Positions 1 to 13,318 of a stretch of 64,000 bases of DNA are shown here, one piece after another (positions within the stretch are counted from its first letter, which is position 1; each line of letters opens with the position of its first letter). The stretch lies in assembly GCF_009914755.1 (NCBI RefSeq), contig NC_060938.1. One strand, written 5' to 3'. Below the pieces are notes generated by a model, which was not told the DNA's origin, did not search any database, and saw nothing but the letters and a program-made list of their open reading frames with translations. Source of the stretch: the human T2T-CHM13v2.0 reference genome, Homo sapiens. A program made the position numbers and the translations under genes.

Positions 1-904
1 GCTCCTGTCTCCGGTTCCCCTACTTCACTCCCGTGTTTCTTCACCTGGTTAAAGTTATGGGTGCACAACCATTTCTGCGTTTTAAACCAACTTCCCACTC
101 TCGATGCAGGTAATAATAAAGTGGGTTTGGGAAAGGCCAAGATTTAGGCACGAAAGCCAGCTAATGTGGACAAAGCAAAGTGAGGAGAGGGAAATATCTG
201 TCGGGGAGGGAGCATTTCCTGAGCCTGAGGAGTGAGAACTTTCTACAAGAGGGTCTGGCCGGGTCTGTGTCTGCCCAGAAATCTTCTAATGGAGCTCAGA
301 AAAAGGCTACTTTGCTTTGTGACAAGCAGAGTGTGCCCATTGTGGTTCTCTTTGCAGGAGACCTGGCCCAGCAGGCTGTCTGGCATAGCATGAGTTTCCC
401 CGTCTCTAGAGCGTATAGGCAGCAGCCAGATACCAACCAGCTCAGATGTGGGAGAGATGGGCATTGTAGTTCTTCACTGTCATTTTAACCTGTCTTAATC
501 TCCTCCTGAAATGATAAAGTAGCTGCAAACAACATCAAAACCTGGTAATATTAACATGATTTTTAGCCAAGGAGCCATGTCTTCAAAAGAAAATGTGTGT
601 GGAAACTCAATATACAAAACAGCTAAAAGTCAAGCTATTCTAGGTTTGTGGTGGGATGGGGACCTGAGACCCCACTCAATTGCATCCCCTGCTGCCCTCC
701 CTAAGAACCTGTCCTCAGAGAATCCTATGAAAATTATTGCTATAACCGAACACCTCTGCTTTTGAGTCCACACACACCTAGCATATCACATACTCACAGA
801 CAGATGCTTTTTCCCCATTGCGAGAAATGCAATGCCAGATTTCAATGTTCCTGTGACCTGCACAGAAAACAGTCCAGGGATTGTGCCCACTTTCTCACAA
901 ATTC

Positions 905-1005
905 TTGCTAAGTGCTTAGTATGTGCCAGGCACTGTTGTAGTTGCAGGGCTACAGTGATACGTCAGTAGCCATGATCCCTGTCCATATGGAAATGTACTG
1001 CACCG
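905..1005 (-). mobile_element. L2 LINE 3' end fragment
   Basis: gtgcttagtatgtgccaggcactgttgtag is the reverse complement of the typical L2 3' terminus; boundaries approximate. Confidence 0.6.
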
Positions 1006-1269
1006 TGAAGCTTTAGTGAAATGATAAAGTAGCTGCAAAACACATCAGCATCCCCATTCCTGTTCTCCTTCTTCTTTGGCCTTTGTCTCCTCTAGGCCAT
1101 TCCTTTCCAACTTTCCAACCTCTAGGTCATTATGGTATCGTTGGTTTCACTTGACCATTTGAATACTCCAGGTAAATTCTTGAACAATAAAGCTCACATT
1201 AGAGGGGGAGATTGAACATGTCTCAAGTCATCTGAAAAATTCTGGAAGTTTTAGTCCACTACAGTGGTG

Positions 1270-1880
1270 TGACATGGTTCACAAAAAACTCTAGGCTGCA
1301 TGAACAGGAGCATCATTCCTGATCCAGTGAACTTTTAGTCTTGTTGTCTTCTCTCTTTTCAGATCACATCCAGGGGCCAAAACCAGTTCTGTGAGCCACT
1401 GGATGAAGACATTGACCAACTAGAAAGCATCTGCAGAGGTCAAGTAGGACCATGGGAGATCCAGATTCCATTTAAACAAGAATGCCTTAAAGAAGTGGGA
1501 ATATTTAGCCTGAGTGAGAGAAAATGCTCTTACTCTGTGTGTGATCAGAGGAGGAGAAAGGAGGACAAAGTTACATCAATGTGATCAGCAACCATTTGAT
1601 AGAGCTACTGTGCTCGAGAGGGGACAGTTTGATTTATACGTTTGACAAGGTGGAGCCAGGATCAATGAGTGAACATTAAAGGAAAGAATATTTGGGCTCA
1701 ATATTTGGGCTCAATATTTTGGGCTCAATAATTTGGGCTCAATAAGGAGGACTTTCCCAATAATTACAACGTTCCAAACTTGAAATGGGGTGTCTCAAAA
1801 AGGAGTGAGTGCCCTGTTACTGAAAACATTTAGGTTAGGGCTAAATAGCCATCAATTAGGGTGATATAATGAGATTCCTG
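1270..1880 (+). mobile_element. L3/CR1 LINE 3' fragment
   Basis: CR1/L3 motifs ggctgcatgaacaggagcat, gacattgaccaactagaaagcatc and gggaatatttagcctgagtgagagaa; boundaries approximate. Confidence 0.7.
1687..1744. repeat. 13-14 bp tandem repeat (AATATTTGGGCTC x4) inside L3
   Basis: Units read directly at 1687, 1700, 1713 and 1727. Confidence 0.95.
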
Positions 1881-1884
1881 TGAC

Positions 1885-2430
1885 TGTTCCAACAAGCATC
1901 TGGTGTGCACCAGTCATGTAGATTCTAAGAGACACTGAGAGCAAAGAGAAACACTTCCTCCCTCAAAGAGCTCAGGGTTTCAAGAGACTGACATGTAAAC
2001 AAACTGATAATAATGGCAATTTGGTATAACATATGCAATTTGGAGTAACGTGTGCAAAGGAACATGGGCCAAATTTTAACTAGTAGAGAGAGAAAAGCTG
2101 ATGCTCTGCTAGGGGTAGGAGGAGGCTGAGAATGAAACTAGAGAGGATTTTAGGGAGAAGGTAATGTTGAGCAGATTTGAAGGATATGTAGGAGTTTTTT
2201 GTGGACACTATTGTTCAATTAATGCTGGTCAATAAGGAGAACACTCAGGATAAGTGGGGCAGGGGTTGGGGGTTGCAAAAGACATGGAGGTAGAAACAGC
2301 ATGGCTTATCAAGGACCCAACTGGTTTGAAAGATCTTCAGCATAAGGTGGTGGGAAAGGGAAGAGAGGGGAAGTGGCAGGAGATCAAGAAGATGGGAGAG
2401 CAAGAAAGAGAATGCCTTTGATCTTGAACA
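1885..2430 (-). mobile_element. Degenerate L2 fragment(s)
   Basis: Purine-rich antisense L2-like text such as gagaaggtaatgttgagcagatttgaaggatatgtaggagtt. Confidence 0.5.
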
Positions 2431-2849
2431 GAAGGGCTTCCCTCATGGAGATGAGAGGAAATGCATAGCAATGTGGAGAGAGTAAGGGCTGGTCAGTAAG
2501 ATTAACATGGCTGGTGACAACATATTTCTCAGTGAATAACTGATCAACATAAGACGAATGAAGTTGTGTAGGGGTCTCATGGAGACTGTCCTAAAGGCTT
2601 AGCATAATTGTGGGCAATGTGAAGGAAAGGCAAAATAATTGATAGATAGCATCAAGTACCGAAAGGGAAAATATTAAAATTTGTAGCGTCAGTCCACACA
2701 GGCCTCTGATTTTCTTTAAGAGCACTCAGATGTGTAGGGGGTCAGAGGAGATGGGCTCTAAGGTCTTTTCTAAGTTCAAGATTCCCAAACTCCATGCCTT
2801 GCCATTATTCCCTCTTGGGCATATGGGATATTTTGTAATGGCTTTTAAA

Positions 2850-2972
2850 AAATATATACCATATAATTGCCAAGGAAAATTGTCTAATTAAATGATTTTT
2901 AGTATATTCACAGAATTGTGTTAGTATCATCCTAATCAATTTTGGAAAATTACTCCCAAAAAAAATCCTGTA
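2850..2972 (-). mobile_element. L1M (L1MB-like) 3' end, left part, interrupted by Tigger1
   Basis: ttttagtatattcacagaattgtg is antisense L1M 3' UTR; the element resumes after 5665. Confidence 0.7.
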
Positions 2973-3391
2973 CAGGCATACCTCAATTTATTGTGCTTCA
3001 CTTTACCGTGTTTCACAGATACTGCGTTTTTTTCCAAATTGAAGGTTTGTGGCAACCCTGTGTTGAGCAAGTCTATTGGTGCCATTTTGCTAATAGTATG
3101 TGCTCACTTCGTGTCTCTGTCACGTTTTGGTAATTCTTGCAATATTTCTAACATTTTCATTATTGTTATGTTATGGTGTTGTGATCAGTGATCTTTGATA
3201 TTGTTATTGTGATTGTTTTGGGACACCACGAACTGTGCCCATATAAGATGGAAAACTTAATTGATAAATGTTGTCTGCGTTCTGATTCTTTCATCAACTG
3301 GCTCTTCCCCCGTCTGTCTCTCCCTCTTCTTGGGCCTCCTATTCTTTGAGACACAACAATATCGCAATTACACCAATTTAATAACTCTACA

Positions 3392-5092
3392 AAGGCCTTT
3401 ACGTGTTCAAGCAAAAGGAAGAGTCATAAGTCTGACATTTGAAATCAAAAGCTAGAAATGATTAAGCTTAGTGAGGAAGGCATGTATAATGCTGAAAGCT
3501 GAGATAGCCAAAAGCTAGAACTCTTGAGCCAAACAGTTAGCCAAGTTATGAATGCAAAGGAAAAATTCTTGAAGGAAATTAAAGGTGCTATTCTAGTGAA
3601 CACATGAGCAATAAGAAAGTCAAACAGCATTATTGCTGAAATAAAGTTTGAGTAGTCTGGATAAAAGATCAAACCAACCCCAACATTCCCTTAAGCCAAA
3701 GCCTAATTGAGAGCAAGGCCATAACTCTTAAATTCCCTGAAGGCTGAGAGAGGTGAGGAAGCTACAGAAGAATAGCTGGAAGCTAGCAGAGGTTGGTTCA
3801 CAAAGTTTAAGAAGCCATCTCCATAACATAAAAGTGCAAGGTGAAGCAGCAAGTGCTGAGATGGAAGCTGTAGCAAATTATCCAGCAGATCAAGCTAAGA
3901 TCATTGATGAAGGTGGCTACACTAAACGACATATTTTCAATGTAGATAAAACAGCCTGCTTTGGAGAAAGATGACATCTAAGACTTTTCTAATTAGAGAT
4001 GTCAGTGTTTGCCTTCAAAGCTTCAAAAGAACTGGCTAACTCTCTTGTTAGAGGCTAACGCAGTGGGTGACTTTAAGTTGAAACTAATGCTCATTTACCA
4101 TTCTGAAAATCTTGGGGCCCTTGAGAATTATGCTAACTATTCTACCTGTACTGTATAAATGGAACAGCAAAGCCTGGATGACAGCACATCTGTTTACAGC
4201 ATGATTTACTGAATATTTTAAGCCCACTCTTGAGACCTACTGCTCAGAAAAAAAAAAAATCCTTTCAAAATATTACCACTCATTGACAGTGTACCTGATC
4301 ATCCAAGAGCTCTGATGGAGATGTACAAAAATATTAATGTTGTTTTCATGCCTGCTAACCCAACACCCATTCTGCAGTTCATAAATCAAGGGGTAATTTT
4401 GACTTTCAAGTCTTATTATTAAGGAATACATTTTGTAAGGCTATAGCTTCCATAGATAACAATTCCTCTGATGGATCTGTGCAAAGTCAATTGAAAACCA
4501 TGTGGAAAGAATTCTCATTCCGGATGCTGTTGAGAATATTTGTGATTCATAGGAGGAGGTCAAAATATCAACATCAACAGGAGTTTGGAACAAGTTGATT
4601 CCAACCCTCATGGAGACTTTGAGGGGCTTCAAGACTTCAGTGGAAGAAGTAACTGTAGATGTGGGAATAACAAGTCGACTAGAATAAGAAGTGGAGCCTG
4701 GAGGTGGGACTGAATTGCTGCAATCTCATGATAAAACTTTAATGGATGAAGAGTTGCTTCTTACAGATGAGCAAAGAAAGTAGTTTCTTGAGATGGAATC
4801 AACTCCTAGTGGAGATGCTGTGAAGATTGTTGAAATGACAACAAAGGATTTAGAACATTACATCAACTTAGTTGATAAAGCAGCAGCAGGGTTTGAGAGA
4901 ACTGACTTTAATTTTGGAAAAAGTTCTAGTGTGGGTGAAATGCTTTCAAACTGCATTGCATGCTATAGAGGGATCTTTTGTGAAAGGAAGAATCAATTGA
5001 CACAGCAAACTTCACTGTTTTCTTATTTTAAGAAGTTACCACAGCCACCCCAACCTTCAGTAGCCACCACACTGATCAGTCAGCAGCCATAA
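3392..5092 (+). pseudogene. Disrupted Tigger1 transposase coding region
   Basis: The consensus start ATG reads AAG at 3392-3394; fragments such as [14 protein letters not shown]...[18 protein letters not shown] survive between stops and frameshifts. Confidence 0.85.
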
Positions 5093-5252
5093 ACATCAAG
5101 GCAAGACCCTCCACCAGCAAAAAGATTATCAGTCACTGAAGGCTCAAAAATGGTTAGAATTTTTAGCAATAAAGCATATTTTAATTAAGGTATGTACATT
5201 GCTTTTTTAGACATATTACATTTAATATATTATTCTACAGTATAAACGTAAC

Positions 5253-5546
5253 TTTTTTTTTTTTTGAGATGGAGGCTCGCTCTGTCACCCAGGCTGGAGT
5301 GCAGTGGCGTGATCTCGGCTCACTGCAACCTCCACCTACTGGGTTGAAGTGATTCTCCTGTCTCAGCCTCCAGAGTAGCTGGGATTACAGGCACCCGCCA
5401 CCACTCCTGGCTAATTTTTTGTATTTTTTAGTAGAGATGGGGTTTCACCATGTTGGCCAGGCTGGTCAACTCCTGACCTCAGGTGATCCACACAGCTCAG
5501 TCACCCAGAGTGCTGGGATTACAGGCATGAGCCACCGCACCCGGCC
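5253..5546 (-). mobile_element. AluS (Sx/Sz-like) inserted in Tigger1
   Basis: Full antisense Alu dimer; TSD taaacgtaactttt (5243-5256) / taaacataactttt (5547-5560). Confidence 0.95.
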
Positions 5547-5664
5547 TAAACATAACTTTTTTATACACGGGGAATCAAAAAACTTGTGAGGCTTGCTTTA
5601 CTGCGCTATTTGCTTTATTGCTGTGGTCTGGAACCAAACCCACAGTGTCTTCAAAGTATGCTTG

Positions 5665-6040
5665 TATCTATTAGCAGCCACTCCCCATTTCCTCTCCACC
5701 TTACCCCAGCCCCTGGCTGCCACTGATCTATTTCCTGTACCTATAGATATGCCTATTCTGGATGTTTTATGTAAATGGAATCATACCGTATGGCCTTCTG
5801 TGACTTGCTCCTTTCACTTAATATTTTCAAAGTTCATCTATTTGACAGCACAAATAACTACTCCATTCCTTTTATTGCGGAATAATATTCCATTATATGT
5901 ATATATACCACATCTTCTTTATGCACTCATCAGTCAATGGGCATTTGGGCTGTTTCCACTTTTTGGCTGTTATGAACAATGCTGTTTTGAACACTCATGT
6001 ACAAATTTTTGTATTGACACCTGCTTTCATTTCTTTTGGC
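5665..6040 (-). mobile_element. L1M 3' end, right part
   Basis: Antisense L1M text gggcatttgggctgtttccactttttggctgttatgaacaatgctg. Confidence 0.8.
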
Positions 6041-6291
6041 AAACTGAATATTTTTTATCCCTACTGCCTGAGATATCACATTATAAGCTCACTGTTTTCA
6101 GAAGTGCCACAACATTTCTAAGTGATACTGTGGAATTTTCATCTCACCAACTCCCAAAAAGTACAAAATAACAGCACCCTTTAAGGCCTATCTATGAAAC
6201 TTTATTTTATTCCTGAGGGCGGCCTGCTTGATGGTTCTAGGGCTCAAGGCATGTCTAAAGAGGCACTGTATGCTGCTTCCTCACAAATCAT

Positions 6292-6315
6292 ACACACACA
6301 CACACACACACACAC
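6292..6315. repeat. (CA)n microsatellite
   Basis: Direct reading. Confidence 0.95.
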
Positions 6316-6466
6316 TCATTTACAGTGTTTGTAAACAGATTATGTGTATTATGATAGATGTTATTGTTTTTTCATTTGATTGAGGGAAAATTTGTCCTCT
6401 AGTTGTGGGACCATAGCCATTTCATCATCTCGAAATGATTCTCCTCTCCTGCCTGTTCTGCCTTAA

Positions 6467-6845
<379 letters not shown>

Positions 6846-7370
6846 ACCCCTGGTAACTTAATATAGAGGGGGGGAGTTTGGTTAACTGTTTACTTGCGTA
6901 AGTCCCTACTTAGCAATCCTGAACTGAGAAAAGAAAAAACAAGGCCCATTGGGTGATCCAAACCTTTACAAATTAACACAGCACTGAACAAAGGAGATTT
7001 GTTAATAGGAAACTGGTTCAAAAAGCATTACTACTAGAGCTTGCATGCGATGACTGAGTTCCGTAGGCCTCCATCTCTGGGAGAGGCATCTCCCAAGGCC
7101 ACTCATAATGTCACTAGGGAAGGGAAAAAATAAAACCAAACAAAACCTTTCTCTGTCCTTGGGCCTTCAAGATCTCCAGCAGTGATCCCTGTAATGAACC
7201 CTCCTTCTCTGAGATCCCTTCTGCTTGGGGTTGCTCTTTCGGCTCTTTTCTCAAGAGCTACTTCTGGTGCCTTCTCCTAGCCAAGCGTTTTTCTTACTCA
7301 CTTTCCCTGCAACTCTTGCAGTGGGGTCTCTGTTTTCCCTTAGCTTCACCTCCATTTCCATGTTTCTCTA

Positions 7371-7690
<320 letters not shown>

Positions 7691-8427
7691 ATCTGCAGAG
7701 ATCTGGGGAAATAGGAAGAAGGTAGGATTAAGACGGAGACTAATTCAGAGCATGGTGGAAGGGTTTTCTCCAGCTCCTTTGCTATTTTCTGCACCCCCCC
7801 GCCCCGCCGTCCTCCTTCCACACTCCTCCATCCTCCCAGGTCGTTCCTTCCTCAGTGCATCTCCTACCTGCCCAGGACTTTGCTTTTCTGTCTCTTCTGT
7901 GAAGCAGATGTGGGGACATATACCCTGCTTCCATCAGAGGGAGGTGCTCATTCAACCAGTATTGATTAATAATCTGTTTAGAAATCAGTATTTTATAGGA
8001 AACTCTCGTGCTGTCACCACGAGATTTCCTTTCAAGTTACAGGAAAACTCAAGCTGACATCGTCCATTTTAATAACTGTTTCAACTCACCAGCAGATATG
8101 GGCATTTTACCAGCCTTACTTAAAGTGGACCGGCAAAAAGACAAAATGTAACTGGGTCAGAATAAAACTGGAAAGGAAGGTGATACTAATAATTAGAAAA
8201 AATAATTCAAAAGTTTCAGAAATTGTTATCTGCGTATGGCCAAACCTGAGTCTTGCAGCAAGTTCCTAAGGGCTCTAGTAATAGATGTTTTTAGTAGAAA
8301 ATAATGCTATCAGGAAATGTAGTAACTATTTTTAAATGTTGATTAAGGACCCCTGTTTCTAATAGGAAGGAATAGGAAGCACAGAACACTACTCCCACTG
8401 TAACAGCTAAAAGAGATGGATAATTTG

Positions 8428-8428
<1 letters not shown>

Positions 8429-8458
<30 letters not shown>
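8429..8458. repeat. (TA)n microsatellite followed by an AT-rich low-complexity tract
   Basis: Direct reading. Confidence 0.9.
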
Positions 8459-8462
<4 letters not shown>

Positions 8463-8585
8463 GATATAAAATATATAATTAATTTGATTTCTATTTTAAA
8501 ACATATGTATACTTTAAAATATTTAACAGTATACTACTTATGCTAATATATTATAAAAATTATAAATACATTTATATACATATAA

Positions 8586-9174
8586 GCTGACCCTTATAAT
8601 TCTCAGATTCCTTATTTGAGAATTCTACTCACTAAAATTTATTAATAATGCCAAAACCAAAGTTCCCAGGCTTTTGAAGTGTTTTGGGACATGTGGATGC
8701 ACAGAGGGCAAAAAATTTGAGTCACCCAACATGCATGTTCCCAGCTGAGGTCAAACAAGGCAATGTCTGCTTTCTTGTTTCAGTTGTCATGATGCGAACA
8801 CTATGTATATGTATAACACTACTAAATAGACTGTCCTTTTCACTACTGAGTGCCAAGTTTTTTATATTTTTGTGCTTTTTGTTGCTCATTTCGCTATTTA
8901 AAATGGTCCTAGTGTTCCTAAGAGCAAGAAGGCTGTCATGTGCCTCACAGAGAAAATAGATGTTTTAGAGCTTTGTTCAGGTGTGAGTTATAATGCTGTT
9001 GGCCATGAGTTCAATGTTAATGAATCAATAATGTAAGTTAAATAACCTAATCTTGTATTTTCCCTAAGGATGACAATTTAGTATACATTAATTTGGGGTT
9101 CATGGTGACTTTATGGAACCAAATAATAAATTCTATAAATTCTTATAGAATCAAATAATGAGAATAAACTCTGT
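8586..9174 (-). mobile_element. MER82-like non-autonomous TcMar-Tigger element
   Basis: Matches recalled consensus: cagagggcaaaaaatttgagtcaccc...cccagctgaggtcaaacaagg...cctaagagcaagaaggctgt...aataatgagaat. Confidence 0.75.
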
Positions 9175-9399
9175 ATATAATTTTTACATATACATATATC
9201 ATTTTCATATATTTATATAATTTTTATTTCTTATATATACATAATTTTAACATACATATATGTTTGATTGTTTTGCTATATTCTACGTCTCTTAGCCTCT
9301 TTTCCATTATTTTGTATTCTTTTTCTCTCTGACTTTCAGTCAAATGTTTTCTTATTGACCCTCTTGCTGTGTCTTGACAGCTCATCCACGAAGATTTGG

Positions 9400-9429
9400 A
9401 TATATATATACACACACACACACACACAT

Positions 9430-9467
<38 letters not shown>

Positions 9468-9470
9468 GTA
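9400..9470. repeat. Compound (TA)(CA)(TA) microsatellite
   Basis: 71 bp of uninterrupted purine-pyrimidine alternation. Confidence 0.95.
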
Positions 9471-10220
9471 ATATGAATTTCAGAAGGAAAGGAGAAAGAG
9501 AACAGGGCAGATGCATTGTTTGAAGAGATAATGACCAACAATCAACCTGTAGCTTCAAGAAGCTCAGAGAACCCCAAATAGGTAAATAAAAAAATTAAAA
9601 AAAAATCACACTAGACACATGATAGTCGAACTGTTGAGAACAAAAGATATAGACAAAATCTTAAGGACAGGCACAGCTGTAATCCCAGCACTCTGGGAGG
9701 CCAAGGCAGGTGGATCACCTGAGATCAGGAGTTCGAGACCAGCCTGGCCAACCAACATGGTGAAACCGCATCTCTTCTAAAAATACAAAAATTAGCCAAG
9801 CATGGTGTTGCATGCCTGTAATCTCAGCTACTCGGGAGGCTGAGGCAGGAGAACTGCTTGAACCCGGGAGTTGGAGGTGTCAGTGAGCTGAGATTCTGCC
9901 ACCGTACACCAGCCTTGGGCGACAGAGCAAGACTCCGTCTCAAAAAAAAAAAAAAAATCTTAAAAGCAGCTGGAGGAAAGAGACACATTACCTTCAGAGG
10001 GACAACAATAAGAATTAAAAATGACTTCTCAACAAAAACTAGAGATGCAGAGAACAATGAAATGACATATTTAAAGAGCTAAGGGGAAAAAGCTTCCAAC
10101 TTACAGTTCAATATCCAGAGAAAATATCTTTCAAAAATGAAGGCAAATTAAAAACAAAAGCCGGAATTCATTCCCAACAGATCTGCATTACAATAAATAA
10201 AGTTCTTCAGCTTGAAGGAT
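9471..10220 (+). mobile_element. Old L1 (L1ME/L1MC) ORF1 fragment interrupted by an Alu
   Basis: ORF1 motifs caagaagctcagagaacccca, aaaatcttaaaagcagc and gaaaatatctttcaaaaatgaaggc. Confidence 0.8.
9665..9957 (+). mobile_element. AluS with a small deletion near its 5' end
   Basis: Alu dimer plus poly-A; TSD aaaatcttaa. Confidence 0.92.
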
Positions 10221-10656
10221 AAATGGATAAATCAGGCTATCACTTGAGACTTGTTACCTTCACTGTATTTAGATTTAAATATACATAATACATAAGTTGA
10301 CCTCCAAAATTAAAAAATTCCCAGCCTCTCTTCCCATTGCAAGATCTCAAAACATCCACAATGTTGCTTATTTCTTCACATGACTGGGAAAGCAAGTTTC
10401 TTCAATAAAGGCCTTTAATAGGAAATCTGAAATCAATTAAATAATAAGCAAGGAATATGATGTCAAATATATGAAATGACCTATGATTTCACTGATTTCC
10501 TGACTTTTACCCTTCCTTTGCTCAGAATCCTGAAATTTATTCATTTTTTATTATTTTCCAAAAAGTTACTGTTCTTTCTGCCTTCTGATATAATCTCTGA
10601 CAAAGTATCTGCTTTTTGGGTCCTTCATTTTCTATACCATTATCTCCAATGAATTA

Positions 10657-10998
<342 letters not shown>

Positions 10999-11374
10999 CT
11001 ATTCAATGAACTTGTAAATTATATCCTATTTGGATTGTTTCTTCTTTGTTTCATGTCTCCCTTCTCAAGTTTCTTGTGGGCACAAATTAATAAAGATATG
11101 GTTTAAATATAGGACTTTCCTTCTTCTTAGATATATATTTATCTGAGATATTTTTTGGATTTCCTTAAATTTCTGTGGATGGGTCTGCCTGGCCAGTCTG
11201 ATGTACTGCCACTAAAGCTATCAAGCATATATCCAGCTAAGACCTTGAATAAAGGTTTATAATTTCTTGTTCTTCTACACTATGGCTGTGTTAAAATTCT
11301 CTTCCCATTTATCATTACTTCCCCTAGACACTTTACAAACTAAACCTTTTTTAGCCCCTGGTTCATTGTAAAAG

Positions 11375-11675
11375 TTTTTTATTTTATTTTTTACACTTGG
11401 TGTCTCAATCTGTCACCCAGGCTGGAGTACAGTGGTGTGATTATAGCTCACTGCTGTCTTAACATCCCAGGCTGAAGCAGTCCTCCTGCCTCAGCCTCCT
11501 GAGTAGCTGAAACCACAGACATGTTCCACCACATCCAGCTAATTTTTAAATTTTGTGTAGAGATGGGTTCGTGCCATGTTGCCTGGATTGGTCTTGAACT
11601 CCTGGGCTCACACAATCCTTCCTCCTCGCAATCCCAAAGTCCTAGGATTACAGGCATGAGCCACTGCGCCCAGCT
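11375..11675 (-). mobile_element. AluJ
   Basis: Diverged antisense Alu with J-type text attatagctcactgc and ctcctgggctca. Confidence 0.9.
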
Positions 11676-12068
11676 AAAACTTTAGATGTATATTATTCTG
11701 GACTCACTTATTCTCTTAATAATTACAAAAATATTTCTAAAGATAGCATTTTCTTTTAGTCAAGTCTCCAAAAATCGTGCAAGTTTTAAATCTCTGCACA
11801 AGATTGTGCACTTTATGGACCCAGGTATGGAAGTACAAAGAGAGGATCATGAAAAAGTAAAGTATTAGAAATTTATAGATATCTTCTGGGTTATAAGGCA
11901 TTGGTATCCTAGACTTTCACAGGCCTTGAAGTTAGCAGTTTAGTTCAAGTTTACCTAAATCTCCAAGGAGCATTGGGCTTCAGGTGACATCTTAGCAATA
12001 GATGCAAACCTAATTAGCAACATGCAGTAAATTAGTAATTAACAAATACATATTAATAACGTATAGTC

Positions 12069-12234
<166 letters not shown>

Positions 12235-13002
12235 GCATGGTCAATTAGTAATTAGTAAATACTTATTAGTGATGTGTAGGAAATTCACAATTAGTACTAA
12301 ATACTTTTTAGTGAAATGTGATCAGTGCGGCTCATGGAAGGCTGCTGGGGGCTTGTCTCTCTGTCCTTTCGCCAGGATTCCTGAGAGTATCAGGAAATGG
12401 GGCAAGTATTCTTTCCATAAAGTTGTATTAAAAGTTTAATTAACCTAAAGTGCTACATTAAAAGAACTTTTCTTTATCCTACAACATTTAAATATGATCA
12501 AATTCAATGTGTTGAGGGGAAAAGTGTTAGTTTAAGTCAGCAAAAATATCTATCTATTGTTGGAACTTCAGTTACATTTCAACTCTTCCTCAGTTTAACC
12601 ATCATCTTTCCACCAGTTCTGGTCCCGCCTTTGGTGGCTGAGGCTACCACCTTTTCAAGTCCTTACCTTGGGAAGCTAGAAGATCAAGAAGCAGTTACTC
12701 TCCCAGGCTAGTGTCCCCGGCCTAGCACACTCATATTGCCAAGGGGAAGGAATTCACTGTCTACCAGATAAACAATCTCATTTCCCTTTCAATCACTGTT
12801 GGTTTTCCTTTGTTGGTAGAGTCACTTCCCATATCCACAGTGTCTCTTGAGAGAATCTCAGTCCTCCAAGCGCTACTGATTCTACATTACTTCTCTGCAC
12901 TATTCCCTTGCTAGTAAAAGACGCATTTCTCAAAGGAAGAGCTGAATCTAAATGAAACAAAGTATCCATTGTTTTAAAAAAAGGAAACCAAGATTTTTAC
13001 TG

Positions 13003-13318
13003 TGTTTTTGTTTGTTTGTTTGTTTTGTTTTTTTTTTTTGAGACGGAGTCTCACTCTGTCGCCCAGGCTGGAGTGCAGTGACCGATCTCGGCTCACTGCA
13101 ACCTCCGCCTCCCAGGTTCAAGCAATTCTCCTGCCTCAGCCTCCTGAGTAGCTGGGATTACAGGCACATGCCACCATGCCCGGCTAATTTTTGTATTTTT
13201 AGTAGAGACGGGGTTTCACCATGTTGGTCAGGCTGGTCTCGGACTCCTGATCTCATGATCCGCCTGCCTCAGCATCCCAAAATGCTGGGATTACAGGTGT
13301 GAGCCACCGTGCCCGGCC
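13003..13318 (-). mobile_element. AluS (Sg/Sc-like) with a (TTTG)n tail
   Basis: Full antisense dimer ending gcccggcc; short ctcatgatcc variant. Confidence 0.93.

Larger units (their letters stand above)
2973..5664 (+). mobile_element. Full-length Tigger1 DNA transposon (TcMar/pogo), defective
   Basis: Left TIR caggcatacctc after TA (2971-2972); right TIR aaagtatgcttg before TA (5665-5666); about 2.4 kb once the Alu is removed; transposase remnants in ORFs 3753-3974 and 4793-5092. Confidence 0.95.

Noticed and set aside
1335-1365. Strong + strand acceptor tcttctctcttttcAG at 1361-1362
   Set aside because: It lies within an L3 fossil and has no convincing downstream donor
5593-6171. Longest ORF (192 aa, hydrophobic)
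   Set aside because: It spans the Tigger1 end and an antisense L1M 3' region, and starts at TTG, so it is repeat read-through
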